A DNA stretch of 64,000 nt from Defluviicoccus sp. (GCA_022826125.1 JAJDVM010000217.1:313-64312); one strand, 5' to 3'. Shown: positions 48,545 through 59,951, numbered from the stretch's first letter. The notes: generated by a model not told the origin, from the sequence alone. A program made the numbers and translations.

Positions 48545-49867
48545 ATGAACGGCCGTTCGATCGCCGCCCGGCTGCCGTTCTATTACGGCTGGGTGGTGGT
48601 GGGGATCGCCTTCGTGACGATGTCCGTCGGCGTCAGCGCCAGAACGTCGTTCTCGCTCTTCTTCCCCCCCATCCTCGACGAGTTCGGCTGGGAGCGGGGC
48701 GTGACGGCGGCCGCGTTCTCGCTCGGGTTCGCGGCGTCCATCATGCTGGTGCCGACGCTCGGGTTCGTCATGACGCGGTTCGGGCCGCGCCTGATCGTCC
48801 CGGCCGGCGCGACGATCACCGCGACCGGGCTGGTATGCGCGACCCTGGCGACGACGCCGGTCGAATTCTATCTCACCCTCGGCGTCATGACGGTGACCTT
48901 CGCGGTCTCGATGAGCTATGCCGGCCACGCGATGTTCCTCCCGGTCTGGTTCGTGCGCCGCCGTGGGCTGGCGACCGGGATCGCGTTCTCCGGCGTCGGC
49001 GTCGGCGCGATCGTCATCCTGCCGTGGATCCAGCGCGTCATCGAAACCGACGGCTGGCGCGACGCCTGCGTGTCGCTCGCCGTGCTGCTCGTGGCGGTCA
49101 TCGTGCCGCTCAACGTCATCGCCCAGCGCAAGGACCCGGCCTCGGTCGGCCTCGAGCCCGACGGGCTCGACCGGAGCGGGGGCGACGCGGCCGCCCGCGC
49201 GCCCGACACCGTGGTGGACCGGCTCTGGGTCGCCACCGACTGGACGCTCGCCCGCGCGTTGCGGACCTCCCGTTTCTGGTGGGTCACGTTCGGATATTTC
49301 ACCGGGCTTTTCGCCTGGTACGCGGTTCAGGTCCACCAGACCCGGTATCTGCTGGATCTAGGCTTCGCGCCCGATTTCGCCGCGCTCGCCCTCGGCCTGG
49401 TCGGGTTCTGCGGCATCTTCGGGCAGATCGGCGTCGGCGGGCTGTCGGACCGTATCGGGCGGGAGTGGGGCTGGACGATCGCGCTGTCCGGTTTCGCGCT
49501 CTGCTATGTCCTGTTGCTCGTGCTGCCGGGCGCGCCCTCGCCGTTGCTGGTCTATGCGATCGTCGCCTGCCAGGGCCTGTTCGGCTACGGGCTCGGCGCG
49601 CTCTACGGCACCATCGCCGCCGACATCTATTCCGGCCCGCGCTTCGCCGTGGTGTTCGGCTTCATCAGCGTCGGCGGCAATCTGGGCGCCGGCGCCGGCC
49701 CGTGGGTCACCGGGGTGATTTTCGACCGCGCCGGCACCTACGGGCCCGCCTTCACGCTCTGCGTCGCGCTGGCGCTGGTCTCGATCTTCTGCATCTGGAT
49801 GGCGGCGCCGCGCGGGGTCCGGCTCGCCGCCGGCGTCGCCCTCAGCCGGGCGCGGCGGGCCTCCTGA
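48545..49867 (+). CDS. MFS transporter
   Basis: YYGWVVV, WFVRRRGLA, GGLSDRIGR. Confidence 0.88.
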   Translation: MNGRSIAARLPFYYGWVVVGIAFVTMSVGVSARTSFSLFFPPILDEFGWERGVTAAAFSLGFAASIMLVPTLGFVMTRFGPRLIVPAGATITATGLVCATLATTPVEFYLTLGVMTVTFAVSMSYAGHAMFLPVWFVRRRGLATGIAFSGVGVGAIVILPWIQRVIETDGWRDACVSLAVLLVAVIVPLNVIAQRKDPASVGLEPDGLDRSGGDAAARAPDTVVDRLWVATDWTLARALRTSRFWWVTFGYFTGLFAWYAVQVHQTRYLLDLGFAPDFAALALGLVGFCGIFGQIGVGGLSDRIGREWGWTIALSGFALCYVLLLVLPGAPSPLLVYAIVACQGLFGYGLGALYGTIAADIYSGPRFAVVFGFISVGGNLGAGAGPWVTGVIFDRAGTYGPAFTLCVALALVSIFCIWMAAPRGVRLAAGVALSRARRAS

Positions 49868-50942
49868 GCCCCATTCTCTCGAGCCGCGGCAAAACCTCGT
49901 CGCGGAAATAGGGGAAGTGCTTGAGATAGTTGGGGAAACCCAGCGCGAGCGCGGTCACCCCGCCCTCCGAAAGCCGGCGCATGGTCTCGGCGACGCCGTC
50001 GGGATCGCCGACGATCGGGAAGCCGCTGTTCCCCCCCGCCGCGCGCAGGCGGAACAGCCGCCGGCGCTCCTCCGGGATGCCCGGCCGGTCCCAGCCGCGT
50101 TCGACGACCATCGTTTCCACCGCCTCGGTGTCGCGATGCTCGACGGCATAATGATGATGGTAGTCATCCGCCTCGTCCCGGGTCGGCCGGCAGACGACAT
50201 AGGCGTTGGTGAAAATGCCGACCTCGCGGCCCTGCGCCCGCGCTTCGCCGCGGATCTTTGCCGCCTGAGTCGGCAAATCGTCGAGGTCCCAGACCACGGT
50301 AAACAGCATGTCGGCATTTCTGAGCGCGAACGCGCGCCCGGTGGGCGACATCGCGGCCGAGACCAGCATCGGCCGGCGACGGTCCAGCGGCTTGGGTTCG
50401 AGCACGGTGGACCTGAGGGTGAAGAACTCGCCGTCGAAATCGAACGGCTCTTTCTCGGTCCACACCCGGTTGACGATGTCGAGCCATTCCTGGCCGAGGT
50501 CGTAGCGGCGGTCGTGGGCGCCGAGATCGACGCCCAGCATGTCGAACTCCTTCTGGTACCAGCCGCAGACGATGTTGAGCCCGAACCGTCCGCCGCCGAT
50601 ATGGTGGCAGGTGACCATCTGCTTGGCGGCGAAGACCGGGTTGATCAGCGTCACGTGCAGCGTGCCGAATGCCATGATGCGCCTGGTGGCGGCGAGAATG
50701 CCCGCGGCCCAGGTCAGGGTCTCGAAATTGGAGCCGTTATGGTTGGTCTCGCCGCCGTAGCCGATCCAGCGTCCCAGCGGCAGCATGAAGTCCATGCCGG
50801 CATCGTCCGCCATGCGGGCCAGCGCGAGGTTGTTCTCCCAACTCGCGTCCCAGCGGTCGGGAAAGGTCGACGTGGCCAGCCCGCCGGAACAGTTGGCGCC
50901 GAACAGGCCGAGGCTGAGCGTGTTGCGGTGGAGGCCGGTCAT
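49842..50942 (-). CDS. LLM class flavin-dependent oxidoreductase
   Basis: GLFGANCSGG, RWIGYGG, FETLTWA, GRFGLNIVCGW. Confidence 0.9.
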   Translation of the reverse strand: MTGLHRNTLSLGLFGANCSGGLATSTFPDRWDASWENNLALARMADDAGMDFMLPLGRWIGYGGETNHNGSNFETLTWAAGILAATRRIMAFGTLHVTLINPVFAAKQMVTCHHIGGGRFGLNIVCGWYQKEFDMLGVDLGAHDRRYDLGQEWLDIVNRVWTEKEPFDFDGEFFTLRSTVLEPKPLDRRRPMLVSAAMSPTGRAFALRNADMLFTVVWDLDDLPTQAAKIRGEARAQGREVGIFTNAYVVCRPTRDEADDYHHHYAVEHRDTEAVETMVVERGWDRPGIPEERRRLFRLRAAGGNSGFPIVGDPDGVAETMRRLSEGGVTALALGFPNYLKHFPYFRDEVLPRLERMGLRRPAAPG

Positions 50943-51044
50943 CGCGGCGCGAGCATAGGAAGTCCGGACCCGCCTGACGAGGGGCTCGGTTGTCCCGGGG
51001 CGGTTGGCGGCGTATATGCCCTTGGTCGAAGGCAGGGGGCGGCA

Positions 51045-52451
51045 TTGAAGTATCTGAGCACGCGGGGCGACGCCCCGCCTGTCGATTTCGAGGATGTGCT
51101 GCTGAGCGGGCTTGCTCCCGACGGCGGCCTCTACCTGCCCGAAACCTGGCCGAGTTTCGACGCAGGCACGCTGGCGGGGTTCGCGTCGCTCCCCTATCAC
51201 GAGGTCGCGGCCCGCGTGATGGCGCCGTTCACCGGGCCCGAAATCGAGGAGTCGACGCTCGTCGAAATCGCCTCCGCGGTTTACGACGGGTTCGAGCATC
51301 CTGTGGTCGCGCCGCTGGTCCAGCTCGACTCCAACGACTGGCTTCTGGAGCTGTTTCACGGGCCGACGCTGGCCTTCAAGGACTATGCCCTCCAGATCGT
51401 GGGCCGCCTGTTCGACCACGTGCTCGCGAAGCGCGGCGAGACGGTGACGATCGTCGCGGCGACGTCCGGCGATACCGGCTCGGCGGCCATCGAAGCCTGC
51501 CGCGACCGGGCCGGCATCGAGATCTTCGTGCTGCACCCCAGGGGCCGGGTATCCGAGGTCCAGCGCCGCCAGATGACGACGGTCGATGCCGCCAACGTCC
51601 ACAACATCGCCGTGGAAGGGACGTTCGACGATTGCCAGGCGCTGGTTAAGGCGATGTTCGGCGACGCCCGGTTCCGCGCCGAAAGCCGGCTGACCGCCGT
51701 CAACTCGATCAACTGGGCGCGCATCGCCGCGCAGGCGGTCTACTACGTGACCGCCGGGGTCGCGCTCGGCGCGCCCCACAGGCCCGTCGCGTTCTCGGTG
51801 CCCACCGGCAATTTCGGCAACGTGTTCGCGGGCTACGTCGCGCGGTGCATGGGCCTGCCGGTGGACCAGCTGATCGTGGCGACCAATCGAAACGACATTC
51901 TCGCCCGCTTCCTCGAGACCGGCGCGATGGAGATCGGCGAGGTCGTGCCGACGATCAGCCCCAGCATGGACATCCAGGTGTCGAGCAATTTCGAACGCCT
52001 GCTCTACGACTATGTCCGCCGCGATCCCGCCGCGGTGCGCCGGGCGATGGAGCGCTTCCGCCAGTCCGGGCGGATGACCGTCGCGGCGGTGACGATGGCC
52101 GGCATGCGCGGCCTGTTCTCGGCCGGCCGCCGCGACGACGACGAGACCCGCCGGACAATCGCGGAGGTCTTCCGGCGCTCGGGCAATCTCCTCGATCCTC
52201 ACACCGCCGTCGGGTACGGGGTCGGGCGGGAGCAGAGGCGCGACCCGGACATTCCGCTGGTCGCGCTGGCGACCGCGCACCCCGCGAAGTTCCCGGACGC
52301 GGTCGAGGCGGCGACCGGCGCGCGGCCGGACCTGCCCGCCCGGCTCGAGTCGCTGATGACGCTCCCGGAGCGCGTCGAGACCTTCGCCAACGACCCGGCG
52401 GCCATCAAGGCCTTCGTCCGCGACCGGATCGGCCGGAGGGGGGCCGCATGA
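51045..52451 (+). CDS. thrC: threonine synthase
   Basis: YLSTRG, GLAPDGGLYLP, ELFHGPTLAFKD, VNSINWAR, VPTGNFGN; TTG start. Confidence 0.96.
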   Translation: MKYLSTRGDAPPVDFEDVLLSGLAPDGGLYLPETWPSFDAGTLAGFASLPYHEVAARVMAPFTGPEIEESTLVEIASAVYDGFEHPVVAPLVQLDSNDWLLELFHGPTLAFKDYALQIVGRLFDHVLAKRGETVTIVAATSGDTGSAAIEACRDRAGIEIFVLHPRGRVSEVQRRQMTTVDAANVHNIAVEGTFDDCQALVKAMFGDARFRAESRLTAVNSINWARIAAQAVYYVTAGVALGAPHRPVAFSVPTGNFGNVFAGYVARCMGLPVDQLIVATNRNDILARFLETGAMEIGEVVPTISPSMDIQVSSNFERLLYDYVRRDPAAVRRAMERFRQSGRMTVAAVTMAGMRGLFSAGRRDDDETRRTIAEVFRRSGNLLDPHTAVGYGVGREQRRDPDIPLVALATAHPAKFPDAVEAATGARPDLPARLESLMTLPERVETFANDPAAIKAFVRDRIGRRGAA

Positions 52452-53704
52452 CCGTCCGTTCGACGCGGCTTCCGAGCGGGCTCCGGGTTGTCACCCACCG
52501 TATGGCGACGGTGGAGACGGTTTCGCTCGGCGCGTGGATCGATGTCGGCACCCGGCACGAGCGCGCCGAGGTCAACGGAATCGCCCATCTGGTCGAGCAC
52601 ATGGCCTTCAAGGGCACCCGCCGGCGCTCGGCCCGGGCGATCGCGGAGGAGATCGAGTCGGTCGGCGGGCACCTGAACGCCTACACCTCGCGCGAGTTCA
52701 CCGCCTTCCATGCCACCGTCCTCGCCGGCGACGAGGGGCTCGGCCTCGACATCGTCGCCGACATCCTGCAGCACGCCGTGCTCGACGCCGAAGAGCTCGA
52801 ACGCGAGCGGGCGGTCATCCTGCGCGAGATCGGCCAGAGCAACGACACGCCGGAAGACGTCGTGTTCGACCGCTATCAGGAGACCGCGTTCCCCGACCAG
52901 CCCGTCGGCCGGCCGACGCTCGGCACGCCGCAACTGGTCGGCGCGATCGAGCGCGGAGACATGGTCGATTACATCGCCCGCCACTACACGGCCGACCGGA
53001 TCGTCGTCGCGGCGGCGGGAAAGGTCGACCATGACGATTTCGTCCGCCGCGCCGGCGATGCCTTCGGCTCGACGGAGGGCGCGGCGGGCTTCGCGCCCGA
53101 GCCGGCCGTCTACGCGGGCGGGGACAGCCGGGAGGTCCGGACGCAGGAACAGTTGCATCTGCTCGTGGGCCTCGAAGGCATCCCCCACGCCGATCCCGAC
53201 TATTACGCGCTGGCGGTGTTTTCGGCGGCGCTCGGCGGCGGCCTGTCGTCGCGCCTGTTCCAGGACATCCGCGAGGAGCGGGGGCTGGTCTATTCGATCT
53301 ACAGCTTCAATTCGAGCTACGCCGACAGCGGTCTGTTCGGCGTCTACGCGGGCACCGGAGCGGAAAGCGCCTCCGAAGTGGTCGAGCGCGTCTGCGCCAA
53401 TCTGACGACGCTGGCCGACGACATCTCGGAGGCCGAGTTGCAGCGCGCGAAGGCCCAGCTCAAGGCGGGGATCCTGATGTCGCTCGAAAGCACCGCGGCG
53501 CGGGCGGAGCAGATCGCGCGCCACACGCTGATCTTCGGCCGGGTGCTGCCGACCGAGGAGGTCGCCGAAGCGGTGGACGCGGTCGGCCGGGAGTCGGTCC
53601 TGCGCATTTCGGGGCGCCTGCGGGCCGGCCGGCCGACGGTCGCGATCCTCGGGCCTGAGGCAGCGATTCCTGCTTACGAAGAGATCGCCGCGGCGCTCAA
53701 CTGA
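52448..53704 (+). CDS. M16 family (pitrilysin-like) peptidase
   Basis: HLVEH inverted zincin motif, NAYTSRE, SSRLFQ.IRE.RGL.Y. Confidence 0.92.
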   Translation: MTVRSTRLPSGLRVVTHRMATVETVSLGAWIDVGTRHERAEVNGIAHLVEHMAFKGTRRRSARAIAEEIESVGGHLNAYTSREFTAFHATVLAGDEGLGLDIVADILQHAVLDAEELERERAVILREIGQSNDTPEDVVFDRYQETAFPDQPVGRPTLGTPQLVGAIERGDMVDYIARHYTADRIVVAAAGKVDHDDFVRRAGDAFGSTEGAAGFAPEPAVYAGGDSREVRTQEQLHLLVGLEGIPHADPDYYALAVFSAALGGGLSSRLFQDIREERGLVYSIYSFNSSYADSGLFGVYAGTGAESASEVVERVCANLTTLADDISEAELQRAKAQLKAGILMSLESTAARAEQIARHTLIFGRVLPTEEVAEAVDAVGRESVLRISGRLRAGRPTVAILGPEAAIPAYEEIAAALN

Positions 53705-53735
53705 CGCGGCAACGGGGGCACGTCCCGCGCCCCGT

Positions 53736-53764
53736 TGTCACCCGGAACAAGTCCGGGGTGACAG
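53736..53764. repeat. REP-like palindrome (related copies at 54007-54027 and 57013-57055)
   Basis: tgtcacccggaacaagtccggggtgaca; ggaacRagtccggggtgacag repeated at 54007. Confidence 0.6.
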
Positions 53765-53782
53765 CCTTGGGGTGGGGTCCAA

Positions 53783-53798
53783 TGTTTCACGTGAAACA
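53783..53798. other. parS: parS centromere-like site
   Basis: Perfect consensus palindrome TGTTTCACGTGAAACA. Confidence 0.88.
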
Positions 53799-54098
53799 AA
53801 GGTCAACAATGCTGACGTATCCGTGACGTGAAGAACTTGCCCTAAGCCGTTAATGCGGTCCCGCGTGGCCCGGACGGGCGGGGGAAGAGCGGCGGCAGTC
53901 CGGCCCGCCGCGTCCCCGGGGGACGCGAATCGCCCGAAACGCCCCGCCGGCGGGGGCATCGCCCGCCAATATTCGCTACCCATCGGTAGTGAATTACGCC
54001 CCCGACGGAACGAGTCCGGGGTGACAGTCTCGGGGTCGGCAACGGCGCGGGCTTTCCGCCGGCTGTCGGTGGGAAATGCGGGTTAGAGCCTCGCCGGC

Positions 54099-54674
54099 TC
54101 AGGCGCGGCCGGCGGCGCCGGACAGCATGCCGGCGTCGATGCCGAGCTTGGCGATGGCGCGCTCCCAGCGGTCGTCGAGCCCCTCGCCGAAGATGAGGCC
54201 GTCGTCCGCCGGGACCGACAGCCACCCGTTGCGCTGGAGCTCGTCGTCGAGCTGGCCCGGCCCCCAGCCGGCATAGCCGAGCGCGAGCAGGCTGAATTTC
54301 GGGCCCTTGCCGGTGGCGATCGCCTTCAGGATGTCGATCGTGGCGGTCAGCGCCACGGTGTCGTCGATCACCAGCGTCGCGTCCTGAACGTAGTCGGCGG
54401 AGTGCAGTACGAAGCCCCGCCCGGTTTCCACCGGGCCGCCGAAATGGACGTTGACGCCGTCCGGCGCCTCGGCTCCCGCGAGGTTCAGCTGGTCCAGCAG
54501 GTCGGGGAAGCTGATATTGTCCATCAGCTTGTTTATCACCAGCCCCATCGCGCCCTCGGCGGTATGGGCGCACATGTAGATGACCGACCTGACGAAGCGC
54601 GAATCCTCCATCTGGGGCATCGCCACCAGAAGCTGACCCGTCAGATAGCCTTCGCTGTCGTCCCCGGCACTCAT
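54099..54674 (-). CDS. YqgE/AlgH family protein
   Basis: LLVAMP...D.RF.RSVIY, GGPVE..RGFVLH, GYAGW..GQL. Confidence 0.9.
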   Translation of the reverse strand: MSAGDDSEGYLTGQLLVAMPQMEDSRFVRSVIYMCAHTAEGAMGLVINKLMDNISFPDLLDQLNLAGAEAPDGVNVHFGGPVETGRGFVLHSADYVQDATLVIDDTVALTATIDILKAIATGKGPKFSLLALGYAGWGPGQLDDELQRNGWLSVPADDGLIFGEGLDDRWERAIAKLGIDAGMLSGAAGRA

Positions 54675-54853
54675 GCCACGTTCTCCCGACAGGTCCGAAC
54701 CGCGGGGCGAAACCGGCTCGGAAAGTCCCGGCGCACACGACGATTTGAATTTTCGACGCGCGCCGCCGATCTATATACCCGGTACGCTGGCCACACCGGC
54801 CTTCGTTCGAAGTATAGCCCAGGATCGGCAAGAACGATATTGGTGCAACCGAC

Positions 54854-56995
54854 GTGATTCGCAACGCGACAACCGTTGTGGCCGCTTTCCTCGGCCTCGC
54901 CGCGCTGGCGCTGCCCGCGGCCTGGCCGGGCGAGGCGCGCGCGGCGGCGTCCCAGTGGTGGACCAACGAACACGGCGCGGTGCGCCTGATCGCCGCGTCG
55001 GATGCCGTCGGCGACCGCCGGACGCTCCGCCTCGGCATCCATTTCCGGATGAACGACAACTGGAAGATCTACTGGCGTTCGCCGGGCGACGCCGGGTTCC
55101 CGCCGCAACCGGACTGGTCGGGCTCGCGGAACCTCGACAAGGCGGCGCTGTCCTGGCCCGCGCCGGAGCGTTTTTCGGTCATCGGCCTGGAGACGCTGGG
55201 CTACAGCGGCGAGGTCGTTCTTCCGGTCGACGCGACGCTCGTCGAGCCCGGCAGCCCGCTCGTCCTCAGGGCAAAGATCCCCTATTTGACCTGCGACGAC
55301 GTCTGCGTTCCCTATGTGGCGGATCTCGCGCTTCGGCTGCCGGGCGGGGCGGCGACGTCGTCGGTCGAGACGGCGCTGATCGAGCGATTCGACGCGCTCG
55401 TCCCGCGCAGCGGCCCGGGCCTGCCGATCCGCGTCGCGTCGGTGGCCGCGGTCGGCGGAGACGTAACCCGGGCGCTGGAGATCTCCATCGCGGCGGACGC
55501 GCCGCTGTCGCGGCCGGACATCTACGTGGAGGGGCCGGACGGCTGGGCCTTCGGCGCGCCCGATTACCGGATCGGCTCTGACGGCAAGACCGCCTTCGCG
55601 CGCGTCGCCGCTCTCGCGCCGCCCCGGGGCGGCGGTAGCCTGGCCGGCCGCGAGATGCGCTTCACCGTGGTCGACGGCGTCCGGGCCGCCGAGCAGGCGC
55701 TGACGCCGGCAGCCGCGCGGACCGCTTCTCCGGCCGCGGCGCCGCCGGCGGAAAGAGGGCTGTGGCTGGTCCTCCTTCTGGCCGTGGCGGGCGGGCTCAT
55801 CCTCAACCTGATGCCCTGCGTGCTCCCGGTTCTCTCGCTGAAGCTGGTTTCCGCCATGGGACACGGCGGGGGCGACCGGCGCGACGTGCGGACCGGCTTT
55901 CTCGCCTCGGCGGCAGGCATCCTCGTGTCCTTCCTCGTGCTCGCCAGCGGCGTCGCCGGGCTGCGTCTCGCCGGCGAGTCCGTGGGCTGGGGTGTCCAGT
56001 TCCAGCAACCCGTCTTCCTCGCCTTCATGGCGGTCGTCGTAACGCTCTTTTCCGCCAATCTCTTCGGCCTGTTCGAGGTCCGCCTTCCCGGCAGGGTGTC
56101 CGACATGGCCGTGGGCGCAAGCGGCCACGGGAAGAAGGGGATGGTGGGCCACTTCCTGACCGGCGTCTTCGCGACGCTCCTGGCGACGCCGTGCTCGGCT
56201 CCGTTCCTCGGCACGGCGGTCAGCTTCGCGCTCTCGCGCGGCAGCGCGGAAATCTATGCCGTATTCCTGTGCCTCGGGATCGGTTTGGCGCTCCCCTATC
56301 TGGCGGGCGCCGCCTTCCCCGGCATCGCGACCCGGATGCCGCGCCCCGGGCAATGGATGGTGACGCTCCGGCGCGGTCTCGGGATCCTGCTGCTGGGGAC
56401 CGCCGTCTGGCTGGTGACGGTGCTGGCGGTCCAGCTCGGCACCTGGCCGGCGGTCGCGGTCGCCGCGGCGCTCGGGATGCTGCTCGTCGGGCTCGCGTTC
56501 GCGCGCCCCGGGGCCGAACGGACGCCGCGGTTCGGGCGCGGCGTTGCCGGGGTTGCAGGCGCGGCGGCGCTGGCGATCGCGGTCTGGTCGGGCTCCGCGC
56601 CGGACGGCGCAAGGACCGCCGCCGCGCACTGGATGCCATTCGACCGGCAGGCGATAGCATCCGCCGTGGCGTCCGGCGCGGTGGTGTTCGTCGACGTGAC
56701 CGCGGACTGGTGCATAACCTGCCAGGTCAACAAGGCGCTGGTCCTCAACAACGACCCCGTGCGGGGCCGGCTCGCCGGGGACGGGGTGGTGGCGATGATC
56801 GCCGACTGGACCCGGCCCAGCGACGAGATCGGCGCCTATCTCGAGTCATTCGGCCGCTTCGGGATACCGTTCAACGCGGTGTACGGTCCGGCGCGCCCCA
56901 ACGGCGAGCCGCTGCCCGAACTCCTCACCGAGGCGGCGGTGCTCGAAGCCATGGACCGGGCCGCCGGCAAGCCTCCCCGGATCGCCGAACGCTGA
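54854..56995 (+). CDS. dsbD: protein-disulfide reductase DsbD family
   Basis: WKIYWRSPGDAG, LNLMPCVLPV, ATPCSAP, TADWCITC. Confidence 0.88.
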   Translation: MIRNATTVVAAFLGLAALALPAAWPGEARAAASQWWTNEHGAVRLIAASDAVGDRRTLRLGIHFRMNDNWKIYWRSPGDAGFPPQPDWSGSRNLDKAALSWPAPERFSVIGLETLGYSGEVVLPVDATLVEPGSPLVLRAKIPYLTCDDVCVPYVADLALRLPGGAATSSVETALIERFDALVPRSGPGLPIRVASVAAVGGDVTRALEISIAADAPLSRPDIYVEGPDGWAFGAPDYRIGSDGKTAFARVAALAPPRGGGSLAGREMRFTVVDGVRAAEQALTPAAARTASPAAAPPAERGLWLVLLLAVAGGLILNLMPCVLPVLSLKLVSAMGHGGGDRRDVRTGFLASAAGILVSFLVLASGVAGLRLAGESVGWGVQFQQPVFLAFMAVVVTLFSANLFGLFEVRLPGRVSDMAVGASGHGKKGMVGHFLTGVFATLLATPCSAPFLGTAVSFALSRGSAEIYAVFLCLGIGLALPYLAGAAFPGIATRMPRPGQWMVTLRRGLGILLLGTAVWLVTVLAVQLGTWPAVAVAAALGMLLVGLAFARPGAERTPRFGRGVAGVAGAAALAIAVWSGSAPDGARTAAAHWMPFDRQAIASAVASGAVVFVDVTADWCITCQVNKALVLNNDPVRGRLAGDGVVAMIADWTRPSDEIGAYLESFGRFGIPFNAVYGPARPNGEPLPELLTEAAVLEAMDRAAGKPPRIAER

Positions 56996-57080
56996 GCCGA
57001 AAAAGAGCGTCCGTCCGGGGTGACAAGCAGGCGCCCATCGCCTATGTCACCCGGATCGACACACCAGCGAGGGGCATGAC

Positions 57081-57563
57081 ATGACAATCCAGGTCGGCGA
57101 CAAGATTCCTTCCGCAACCCTGACGGCAATGGGCGCGGACGGTCCGGCGGCGGTCGAGACCGGCGATTTGTTCTCCGGCAAGAAGGTCGTTCTCTTCGCG
57201 GTTCCCGGGGCGTTCACCCCGACCTGCTCCGCCAAGCACCTGCCCGGCTTCGTCGAGCAGGCCGACGCGATCAAGGCCAAGGGCGTCGACACCGTCGCCT
57301 GCGTCGCGGTCAACGACGTTTTCGTGATGGATGCCTGGGGCAAGAGCCAAAGCGTCGGCGACAAGGTGCAGATGCTGGCGGACGGCAGCGCCGATTTCGC
57401 CCGGGCGCTCGATGTCGAGCTCGATCTCGTCGGCCGGGGCCTCGGGGTACGGTCGCGCCGCTACTCCATGATCGTCGAGGACGGCACCGTGACCCAGCTC
57501 AATCTCGAAGAGGGCGGCGGGTACGAGGTGAGCGACGCGGGCACCATCCTCAGCCAGCTCTGA
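57081..57563 (+). CDS. peroxiredoxin (Prx5 type)
   Basis: [26 protein letters not shown]. Confidence 0.93.
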   Translation: MTIQVGDKIPSATLTAMGADGPAAVETGDLFSGKKVVLFAVPGAFTPTCSAKHLPGFVEQADAIKAKGVDTVACVAVNDVFVMDAWGKSQSVGDKVQMLADGSADFARALDVELDLVGRGLGVRSRRYSMIVEDGTVTQLNLEEGGGYEVSDAGTILSQL

Positions 57564-57578
57564 CCCCGAAAGAACGGA

Positions 57579-58025
57579 TTACGCATCGGCCTCGCGCGCC
57601 TGCGCGAGGCCCTTGCGCGCCAGCGCGTCGGCGCGCTCGTTGTCGGGGTGGCCGGCATGGCCCTTGACCCAGCGCCACTCGATTTCGTGCCCCGCCGCGG
57701 CGGCGTCGAGACGTTGCCACAGGTCGACGTTCTTCACCGGTTTCTTCGCCGCGGTCTTCCAGCCATTGGCCTTCCAGCCGCCGATCCAGCGCGTGATCCC
57801 GTCCCTCAGATAGGTGCTGTCGGTATGGAGCCGCACCGTGGACGGGCGCTTCAGGGCCTCGATCGCCCGGATCGCGGCCAGCAGTTCCATCCGGTTGTTG
57901 GTGGTCGCGTCCTCGCCGCCGCAGATCTCCTTTTCGGTGTCGCCGTAGCGCAGCAGCGCGCCCCAGCCGCCCGGGCCGGGATTTCCGCTGCAAGCGCCGT
58001 CGGTGAAGATGTCGACCGCAATCAT
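57579..58025 (-). CDS. rnhA: ribonuclease HI
   Basis: [31 protein letters not shown]. Confidence 0.96.
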   Translation of the reverse strand: MIAVDIFTDGACSGNPGPGGWGALLRYGDTEKEICGGEDATTNNRMELLAAIRAIEALKRPSTVRLHTDSTYLRDGITRWIGGWKANGWKTAAKKPVKNVDLWQRLDAAAAGHEIEWRWVKGHAGHPDNERADALARKGLAQAREADA

Positions 58026-58987
58026 GTTTCGAGTCCGTACGCTCCGGGGTCCGTCACGCGCTGGTGAAAGCGCAGCTTGTGAAGATACTCCAGGGGGTCC
58101 TTCCGACCCACGAGCACGCCTTCCGGCGGAAACAGCGCGTCGTGGAGGCGGGTCAGGAAAAACCGCAGCGCGGCTCCCCGGGCGAGCACGGGAAGGGCCG
58201 CTATCTCCCGGTCCTCCAGGGCGCGCACCGAACGGTATCCCGCGATCAGCCGCCGGGCCTTGGTGACGTTGAAGCTGAGATCCGCCTCGAAACACCAGGC
58301 GTTGAGGCAGATCGCGAGCTCGTAGGCGTAGAGGTCGTTGCAGGCGAAATAGAAGTCGATGATCCCCGACAGCCGGTCGCCGAGGAAGAAGACGTTGTCC
58401 GGGAACAGGTCCGCGTGGATCACGCCGGCGGCGGCGTCCCCCGGCCAATGCGCGTCGAGAAAGTCCAGCTCCTCGTCGATCTCGCGGCGGACGCCCGGGG
58501 CTATCCCGTCGGCCGAATCGCGGCATGTCGCGAACAGGGGTCGCCAGCCCGGCAAACCCAGCGCGTTCTCGCGCCCCGGGGGGAAATCCTCTCCCGCGCG
58601 GTGCATTTCGGCGGTCGCGCGGCCCAGCGCGGCGCAATGCTCCGCGCCGGCTCTCCTGACGCACATCCCGTTGAGGAAGGTGACGATGGCCGCGGGACGG
58701 CCGCAGAGCTCGCGCAACGCCTCGCCGTCGCGGCCCGGCACCGGGGTGGGGCAGGCGATGCCGCGCCCGGCCAGATGCTCCATCAATCCGAGAAAGAAGG
58801 GCAGGTCTTCCGGCGCGACCCGGCGTTCGTAGAGGGTGAGAATGAACGTGCCCCGCTCGGTCTGCAGCAGGTAGTTGGAGTTTTCGATCCCTTCGGCGAT
58901 GCCCTTGCAGGCGAGGACGCCGCCGATGTCGTAAGCGCCGACGAACGCGTTGAGCGCGTCGTCCGGGACGTCCGTGTAGACCGCCAT
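58022..58987 (-). CDS. thrB: homoserine kinase (type II)
   Basis: [29 protein letters not shown]. Confidence 0.94.
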   Translation of the reverse strand: MAVYTDVPDDALNAFVGAYDIGGVLACKGIAEGIENSNYLLQTERGTFILTLYERRVAPEDLPFFLGLMEHLAGRGIACPTPVPGRDGEALRELCGRPAAIVTFLNGMCVRRAGAEHCAALGRATAEMHRAGEDFPPGRENALGLPGWRPLFATCRDSADGIAPGVRREIDEELDFLDAHWPGDAAAGVIHADLFPDNVFFLGDRLSGIIDFYFACNDLYAYELAICLNAWCFEADLSFNVTKARRLIAGYRSVRALEDREIAALPVLARGAALRFFLTRLHDALFPPEGVLVGRKDPLEYLHKLRFHQRVTDPGAYGLET

Positions 58988-59006
58988 TTCAGGGTTGGCG
59001 ACCGGG

Positions 59007-59951
59007 TCAGGCCGTGAGCGCCCGCGGCAGGCTGAACTCGACCGACTCCTCGATCAGCGAGACCTCTTCGACCGTGACGTCGAACAGCGTCCGGCAACGA
59101 TCGATCAACTCCTGAACCAGGATCTCGGGCGCGGACGCGCCGGCGGTCAGGCCCAGCGTGCCGACGCCGTCCAGCCAGGCCGGATCGATTTCGCGCGCGC
59201 GCTGGATCAGGACCGCCTTTTCGCACCCCGCGTCTTTCGCCACCTCGGCCAGCCGCTTGGAGTTGGACGAATAGGGCGCGCCGATCACCGCAAGCGCGTC
59301 GCAGCGCTCCGCGATCGCCTTGACCGCGGCCTGGCGGTTGGTGGTCGCGTAGCAGATGTCTTCCTTGCGCGGCGGCTCGATGGCGGGAAAGCGCTCCATC
59401 AGGACCTCGACGATCGCTTCGGTCTCGTCGACCGAGAGCGTGGTCTGGGTGACATAGGAAAGCCGTTCCGGATCCGCGACCTCGACGGTTCTCGCCTGTT
59501 CCACGGTTTCGACGAGGATCATGCCGCCCTCGGGAAGCTGGCCCATGGTGCCGATCACCTCGGGATGGCCCGCGTGGCCGATCAGGATGACCTGGCGGCC
59601 CTCGCTCTCGTGCCGGCGCGCGTCGACATGGACCTTGGTGACCAGCGGGCAGGTGGCGTCGAGATAGAACAGCTCGCGCTCGTCGGCTTCGGAGAATACC
59701 GCCCTGGCGACGCCGTGGGCGCTGAAGACGACCGGAACGCCGTCCGGAATCTCTTCCAGCTCTTCGACGAAGACCGCGCCCTTTTCCTCCAGCGCCTCGA
59801 CCACGAAGCGGTTGTGGACGATCTCGTGGCGGACATAGACCGGCGCGCCGTATTTCTCGAGCGCCAGCTCGACGATCTTGATCGCGCGGTCCACGCCCGC
59901 GCAGAAACCGCGCGGCCCGGCGAGCAGAATTTTGAGCGGAGGCTTTTGCAT
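59007..59951 (-). CDS. ispH: 4-hydroxy-3-methylbut-2-enyl diphosphate reductase
   Basis: [35 protein letters not shown]. Confidence 0.96.
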   Translation of the reverse strand: MQKPPLKILLAGPRGFCAGVDRAIKIVELALEKYGAPVYVRHEIVHNRFVVEALEEKGAVFVEELEEIPDGVPVVFSAHGVARAVFSEADERELFYLDATCPLVTKVHVDARRHESEGRQVILIGHAGHPEVIGTMGQLPEGGMILVETVEQARTVEVADPERLSYVTQTTLSVDETEAIVEVLMERFPAIEPPRKEDICYATTNRQAAVKAIAERCDALAVIGAPYSSNSKRLAEVAKDAGCEKAVLIQRAREIDPAWLDGVGTLGLTAGASAPEILVQELIDRCRTLFDVTVEEVSLIEESVEFSLPRALTA

